Shown here piece by piece: positions 16,035 through 20,000 of a stretch of DNA of 20,000 nt. The stretch lies in IMG/VR virus record IMGVR_UViG_3300037400_005412; one strand, written 5' to 3'. Under the pieces are notes generated by a model. It did not search any database. It had not been told where the DNA came from and saw nothing but the letters and a program-made list of their open reading frames with translations. This DNA is from an uncultured virus (IMG/VR IMGVR_UViG_3300037400_005412). Its lineage: Duplodnaviria; Heunggongvirae; Uroviricota; Caudoviricetes. Position 1 is the stretch's first letter. Each line of letters starts with the position of its first letter. Both the position numbers and the translations under genes were made by a program.

Positions 16035-16610
16035 TATACAATGAATATTCATTCATTTTGAATGAAACTTTATGCATTTGGCGCGTCCTCTTCCATCGGC
16101 CGCAGCCGTATTTCACTTTCACACGCTAAAGCGATAAATCGTTAGCGATTTAGCGCGCTAAAGTGGTCCAAAAATATTTTCCTATAACTTTAACACGCTA
16201 AAGTGGTAGTGTGTTAAAGTGCGCCAAAAAAGTTTTTTCGCACTTTAACACACTAAAGTATTAAATAGTTACAATTTGGTAACAACCGATGACGACCGGT
16301 TTCACTTCACTACGCTAAAGCGCTAAATTGAGAAAGAATACAGGGAGTAATCACTTTAGCACGCTAAATCCTTAAACCTACTGGACTAATAGACTTTACC
16401 CCACTAAAGCGATGAAGTTTGTTAGTTAATTAACAAACGAAGTTCATAATTTATTTACAAAAATTTAACATTTATGAAGATTGTTAATTATTTATCAAGA
16501 GATTACAAAATAATTACAATTGTTCCCACTTTGTTTCTTTTACACGGACTTTTTGTGCATTTTGTACAAGAGGAATTGCTTTTTCATTCTTTTTTTTGTG
16601 CAACATTACC
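16035..16610. promoter_or_regulatory. Non-coding island 2 of operator-like repeats
   Basis: ARG-like boxes at 16042-16078. CTTTA-N6-TAAAG-type at 16116, 16148, 16188, 16243, 16305, 16354, 16394. WalR-like at 16268, 16502. Rex-like at 16419, 16481. Confidence 0.75.
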
Positions 16611-16693
16611 ACTTGCAAACCGGTTCAAGATATGCTATATTATACTTGTCCAAAGGGACAAGAGAAAAACAGATTGAAAGGGAGAACAAAAAA

Positions 16694-17179
16694 ATGAAAG
16701 AGAACATCCTTGCTTACATTATGTCCACCTACATGCGCCTTGCCTACACCCCCGCCTATATCTTCGGCTATGCTATTAAGGGCACCATATACGCCGCGCG
16801 CGTCACAAATGCGGACGCCATTCTGCCCTACATTGCCACACTTGACCGCGCAAGCTCCAAGAATGGCGGCACATATAGCGCCAAATATAAGCCCAATATG
16901 GAAAAATGGGCAATCATCATGAGCGCCGCCGTAGAAATCCGCCCTATCTGCTCTGTTGACTATATGGAACAGCGCAAGGTTGAAACTCACCGCAATCGTG
17001 GACAGCTCTTTGAAGATATGGTCGCCGCCGCTTTCGATATGAAGCAGGTAGACAGCAAAAATGCCAAGTTTACCAAGTGCGGCGATGTGATTGCCAAGGA
17101 CGGCACTCATTATCAAGTCAAGTACAACAAAGCCACATTCAGTGACGAGCGCACGCTCCACAACCTTATGGGAGCTTGA
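16694..17179 (+). CDS. 161-aa protein with a C-terminal PD-(D/E)xK-like nuclease motif (putative nuclease)
   Basis: GGGAG RBS, ATG 16694; RGQLFEDMV...GDVIAKDGTHYQVK fits the E...D...QxK pattern. Confidence 0.65.
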   Translation: MKENILAYIMSTYMRLAYTPAYIFGYAIKGTIYAARVTNADAILPYIATLDRASSKNGGTYSAKYKPNMEKWAIIMSAAVEIRPICSVDYMEQRKVETHRNRGQLFEDMVAAAFDMKQVDSKNAKFTKCGDVIAKDGTHYQVKYNKATFSDERTLHNLMGA

Positions 17180-17312
17180 TAGGATAAACCCTATCTCCCC
17201 CATATGGCCCGGGCGCCAAAAAAAATTTGCCACATATGAAAATTCCTTATTGACAAACATTAAAAAATTTGGTAAAATATATACACAAAGAAAAAGAAAG
17301 GAAATGATAAAA

Positions 17313-17750
17313 ATGAAGACTATTTGGTTTGATATGGACGGCACTATCGCTAATCTTTACGGCGTTGAAAATTGGCTTCCGATGGTTCGAGCAAGCGACC
17401 CTACTCCCTATATGATCGCACGTCCTCTTGTAAACCTGTCAGCATTGGCTCGTGTTCTTAATCGACTTCGCCGCGAAGGATATGAAATTGGCGTGATTAG
17501 CTGGCTTTCTAAGACTGGTACTCCCGCATATAACGCAGAAGTGACCGCCGCTAAATATGCGTGGCTTGCCAAGCACCTGCCCTCTGTGGACTTTGACGAA
17601 ATCCACATTGTTCCATATGGCACTCCCAAACAGGTATACGCGCATAGCGCTGATGATATTCTGTTTGACGATGAAGCCAAGAATCGGGATAGCTGGACTG
17701 GCACAGCGTATGATGTAGATAACATCATTTCTGTTCTGTGCTCCCTCTAA
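17313..17750 (+). CDS. HAD-superfamily hydrolase, 5'(3')-deoxyribonucleotidase-like, 145 aa
   Basis: Motif I IWFDMDGTIANLY, K..WL..HLP, motif IV ILFDD; promoter 17250. Confidence 0.85.
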   Translation: MKTIWFDMDGTIANLYGVENWLPMVRASDPTPYMIARPLVNLSALARVLNRLRREGYEIGVISWLSKTGTPAYNAEVTAAKYAWLAKHLPSVDFDEIHIVPYGTPKQVYAHSADDILFDDEAKNRDSWTGTAYDVDNIISVLCSL

Positions 17751-17872
17751 AAAAAAGGGGGGGGCGCAGTTCAGCCCGGGCAATCAGCTTGTTAAAAAAA
17801 TAACTTTTAAAACCCCTATTGACAAACACCAAGAGTAAGAGTATAATAGACTTACAGAAAGGGGATAGAGTA

Positions 17873-18256
17873 ATGACTAATGCTGATGAAATCCGCATCA
17901 ATCTTTATATGAAGAATCTTAATATTTCGAGAGAAGAAGCAATTGCGCTGATGCGGGATGAAGAAGAAGATAATCTTCCCGAACTTACCACCAAACAGCG
18001 CAAGGTAGAAAAGGAAATGCGGCAGGCCGACCGCAAAAAGGAAACTGCTCCACGCAAACGAGAACGGAAACCCGATAATGACAAGCGTTTCCTCATTGAT
18101 ACTTTCATTTGGGCTTTGACTACTGGCGAAGAAACCAATGGAGATAATGTCAATGCTGAAAATGTCATTATCACCAAACCAGAAAGAGAAATTGAATTTG
18201 ATTATAATGGAAACCGTTACCGCCTTGTGTTAATGAAACCGAGAAAGGAAAAGTAA
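17873..18256 (+). CDS. Hypothetical charged protein, 127 aa
   Basis: Promoter 17819, AAGGGG RBS, ATG 17873. Confidence 0.85.
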   Translation: MTNADEIRINLYMKNLNISREEAIALMRDEEEDNLPELTTKQRKVEKEMRQADRKKETAPRKRERKPDNDKRFLIDTFIWALTTGEETNGDNVNAENVIITKPEREIEFDYNGNRYRLVLMKPRKEK

Positions 18257-18259
18257 AAA

Positions 18260-18523
18260 ATGAAATTTGTTAAACTTGATTCTGACCATCGCGCTGTTGC
18301 TCTTTCTACTTTGAGATCAGGTGCAGTTTTTCTCTATAAAGAGAAAATTGGAATGGTGGCTTCCAGAAATGGGAGAGACTTTCCACTTGATTTATCTACT
18401 GGACAGGAATTTACTACCTATGAAGGTAGGGAATGGATGCCTCATTCTTCTTTTCCTTTCCTGCCTCCTGATACTCTTGTAATTCCTGTGGATGCTACGC
18501 TTTCTTATAAAATTAAACCTTAA
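18260..18523 (+). CDS. Hypothetical protein, 87 aa
   Basis: Co-transcribed with the previous gene; AAGGA RBS; hairpin TAACCCACT..AGTGGGTTA follows. Confidence 0.8.
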   Translation: MKFVKLDSDHRAVALSTLRSGAVFLYKEKIGMVASRNGRDFPLDLSTGQEFTTYEGREWMPHSSFPFLPPDTLVIPVDATLSYKIKP

Positions 18524-18636
18524 CCCACTATAACAGTGGGTTAAAGCCCGGACAAATTAATTTACATAAAAACTATTGACAATTTTATTTTTGTATGCTA
18601 TACTATGATTACAAAAACAGAAAAGGAGAAATAAAA

Positions 18637-18711
18637 ATGGCTTTAATGATTGTTGGTTCTGCAATTGGTCTTGGACTTGCTATTCTGGTTGCTTGGCTCT
18701 GTGATTATTAA
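18637..18711 (+). CDS. Single-TM micropeptide, 24 aa
   Basis: MALMIVGSAIGLGLAILVAWLCDY; promoter 18576, AAGGAG RBS. Confidence 0.72.
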   Translation: MALMIVGSAIGLGLAILVAWLCDY

Positions 18712-18811
18712 GAGCCAAGTCACCCAGACAAAATGCCTTGTTAAAAAAATATCAAAATAAAATTCAGAATGCCCTCTTGACAAAATAAGTTAAGTATGGT
18801 ATAATGAATAC

Positions 18812-18900
18812 AGTTAAGAGGACAGAGCCGAAAGACTTTAAGATTGACCGAATCTGGTTGAAATAACCTAGTAGTTAGAGGATAAAAAATCAATCAAATG
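18812..18900 (+). ncRNA. Candidate small structured RNA upstream of the tRNA
   Basis: Promoter 18777-18805; no ORF; consecutive hairpins AGAGCC-GAAA-GACTTT, AGATT-gaccg-AATCT, GGTT-gaaat-AACC. Confidence 0.4.
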
Positions 18901-18953
18901 CCCTCTTGACAAACTCCAAAAAGTATGCTATAATATAAATGTAAATAAGACAT

Positions 18954-19040
18954 GCGTGGATGCTGGAACTGGTATACAGATTGGTCTTAAAAACCAATGC
19001 CCAAATGGGATTGGGGGTTCGATTCCCCTCCCACGCACCA
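18954..19040 (+). tRNA. tRNA-Leu (anticodon TAA), CCA encoded
   Basis: Acceptor GCGTGGA/CCCACGC (A7-C66 mismatch), D-loop GG, anticodon arm TTGGT-CTTAAAA-ACCAA, long variable arm, GGGGG-TTCGATT-CCCCT T-arm, ACCA end; own promoter at 18906. Confidence 0.93.
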
Positions 19041-19179
19041 ATACCTTCCTTCTCTCCTTTCTTTCTTTCTCTTTTGGCAAAGCGTCCTTTTTAGGGCGCT
19101 TTTGTCATTTTTGGTTGAAAATTTTAAAAAAATATTATAAAATTATTATAGAAAATTAAAGAAAAGGAATTGATAAAAA

Positions 19180-19428
19180 ATGATTGTTACTATTAAAGAC
19201 CAGAAGAAAGAATTCAATAATCACATTGCGGAGCTCGTAGCCCTTTGCCCGGGCAAAACCCAGGTGGAACTTTTTCATGAGTTTATGGCTAATGAAATGT
19301 TTAATTGTTCTGTTGATGAGAACTATTTTTATGAGTTTACTTTTGCTTTTGAAGAGTTCCTGTATTTTAATTATTGTGTAAATCCTGAGAATTTTAAATA
19401 TTTTGATTTAGATAGATTTTATTTTTAA
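19180..19428 (+). CDS. Hypothetical Phe/Tyr-rich protein, 82 aa
   Basis: Promoter near 19114, AAGGA RBS. Confidence 0.8.
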   Translation: MIVTIKDQKKEFNNHIAELVALCPGKTQVELFHEFMANEMFNCSVDENYFYEFTFAFEEFLYFNYCVNPENFKYFDLDRFYF

Positions 19429-19490
19429 AAAACACTTGACATCCTCCACCCTCTGTGCTATAATCATTATAGAAAGAGAGGTTGAGAGAT

Positions 19491-19673
19491 ATGTACTTTA
19501 TAATGGAAAAAGAAACTGAAATTACGATAGCATTAAGTCACTTTGAGGATGTGGCAAATCTTATCGCTGCAACTCTCCCTTGTTCTTGTGTTGTCCGGTA
19601 TGTTGATTTGAATAGCATTAATTGTAGTAGCAATAAATGCTTCTTCAAAAAAGAAAATAAAGAAATTGCTTAA
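19491..19673 (+). CDS. Hypothetical protein, 60 aa (paralog of 7034-7225)
   Basis: GAGGT RBS, ATG 19491, paralogy. Confidence 0.82.
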   Translation: MYFIMEKETEITIALSHFEDVANLIAATLPCSCVVRYVDLNSINCSSNKCFFKKENKEIA

Positions 19674-19687
19674 AGGAGATAATAAAA

Positions 19688-20000
19688 ATGGACATTAGAA
19701 ACATGCCTACCGAAGCTGCTTATTATGAATTTGTGGTGGTAATTCCCAATGCTGACCATTATACCTTTCTTGGAATGTATGCTAATGGACACGAAGCTGA
19801 AAAAGCCGCTCTTGAATACGGCGGAATTGTGATTCACAATGTGCGTATTCAAGGCCATCAGGAATCAAAGCCTAAAGAAAAGTATTATATTTTTAGTGGG
19901 GTATGGTCTTGGGGATGTTGGGCTGTTGATGAAGAAGACGCCCGCAAACAGTTTGATGATGCTGATTTAATGAGCGATGAAATAAACATCGACTGTGACC
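19688..20000 (+). CDS. Hypothetical protein, partial (runs off the window)
   Basis: AAGGAG RBS, ATG 19688, MDIRNMPTEAAYYEFVVV..., open to the end of the window. Confidence 0.8.
   Translation, partial: MDIRNMPTEAAYYEFVVVIPNADHYTFLGMYANGHEAEKAALEYGGIVIHNVRIQGHQESKPKEKYYIFSGVWSWGCWAVDEEDARKQFDDADLMSDEINIDCD

Larger units (their letters stand above)
4081..19470 (+). promoter_or_regulatory. Array of about 45-50 near-consensus sigmaA promoters (TTGACA-17-TGnTATAAT with upstream A/T tracts), about one per gene
   Basis: -35 elements at, for example, 4081, 4169, 5370, 5881, 6007, 6562, 7462, 8071, 8208, 9223, 9349, 9630, 10143, 10466, 12014, 12541, 12695, 13504, 13829, 14329, 17819, 18777, 18906. 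Confidence 0.9.

Noticed and set aside
4169..17819. Upstream ORF-track starts such as 4169, 6562, 8208, 14329, 16520, 17091 and 17819
   Set aside because: These are mostly the TTG of TTGACA -35 elements or lie upstream of the promoter; the RBS-supported ATGs are downstream.
18954..19040. Amber suppressor tRNA explaining the recoding
   Set aside because: The anticodon is TAA (Leu) with a Leu-type long variable arm, not CTA. No suppressor tRNA was seen in this window.
18956..19159. 67-aa ORF
   Set aside because: It overlaps the tRNA gene and has no RBS.
4709..19858. Minus-strand and alternative-frame ORFs in the track (e.g. 16640-17344, 15232-15675, 13464-13757)
   Set aside because: They are shadows of + strand genes or promoter DNA, lack RBSs, and many are Phe-rich because they read A-tracts.

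Overview
This window looks like part of a large phage of a Firmicutes (probably Clostridia) host, with two sharply different halves. Bases 1-3190 are AT-rich and only make sense if TAG is read as an amino acid (genetic code 15, presumably Gln). Fifteen in-frame TAGs join the fragmented ORF track into four complete genes: a probable packaging-module Zn-finger protein, an HTH/Zn-finger protein, an AbrB-family regulator and a DUF488-family protein. After a poly-G tract (3361-3377) and a non-coding island of operator-like repeats, bases ~4080-20000 form an early/host-takeover-type region. It holds about 40 small + strand genes, nearly all with their own near-consensus sigmaA promoter, strong RBS and 3' hairpin; with one exception they neither contain nor end in TAG. 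This region also carries a tRNA-Leu(TAA), a HAD-family nucleotidase, a PD-(D/E)xK-like nuclease candidate and paralogous acidic peptides. The most unusual signals are non-coding: (i) five promoter-driven, ORF-less G-rich RNAs with a covarying hairpin and invariant GAGGGA loop; (ii) arrays resembling host regulator sites (Rex, WalR/OmpR-type boxes helically phased to -35 elements, ArgR, LexA) plus an unassigned CTTTA-N6-TAAAG palindrome; (iii) a ~270-nt structured RNA candidate; (iv) a UAG-rich minigene chain; and (v) strong enrichment of GCCCGGGC. All calls were made by eye; no searches were run.
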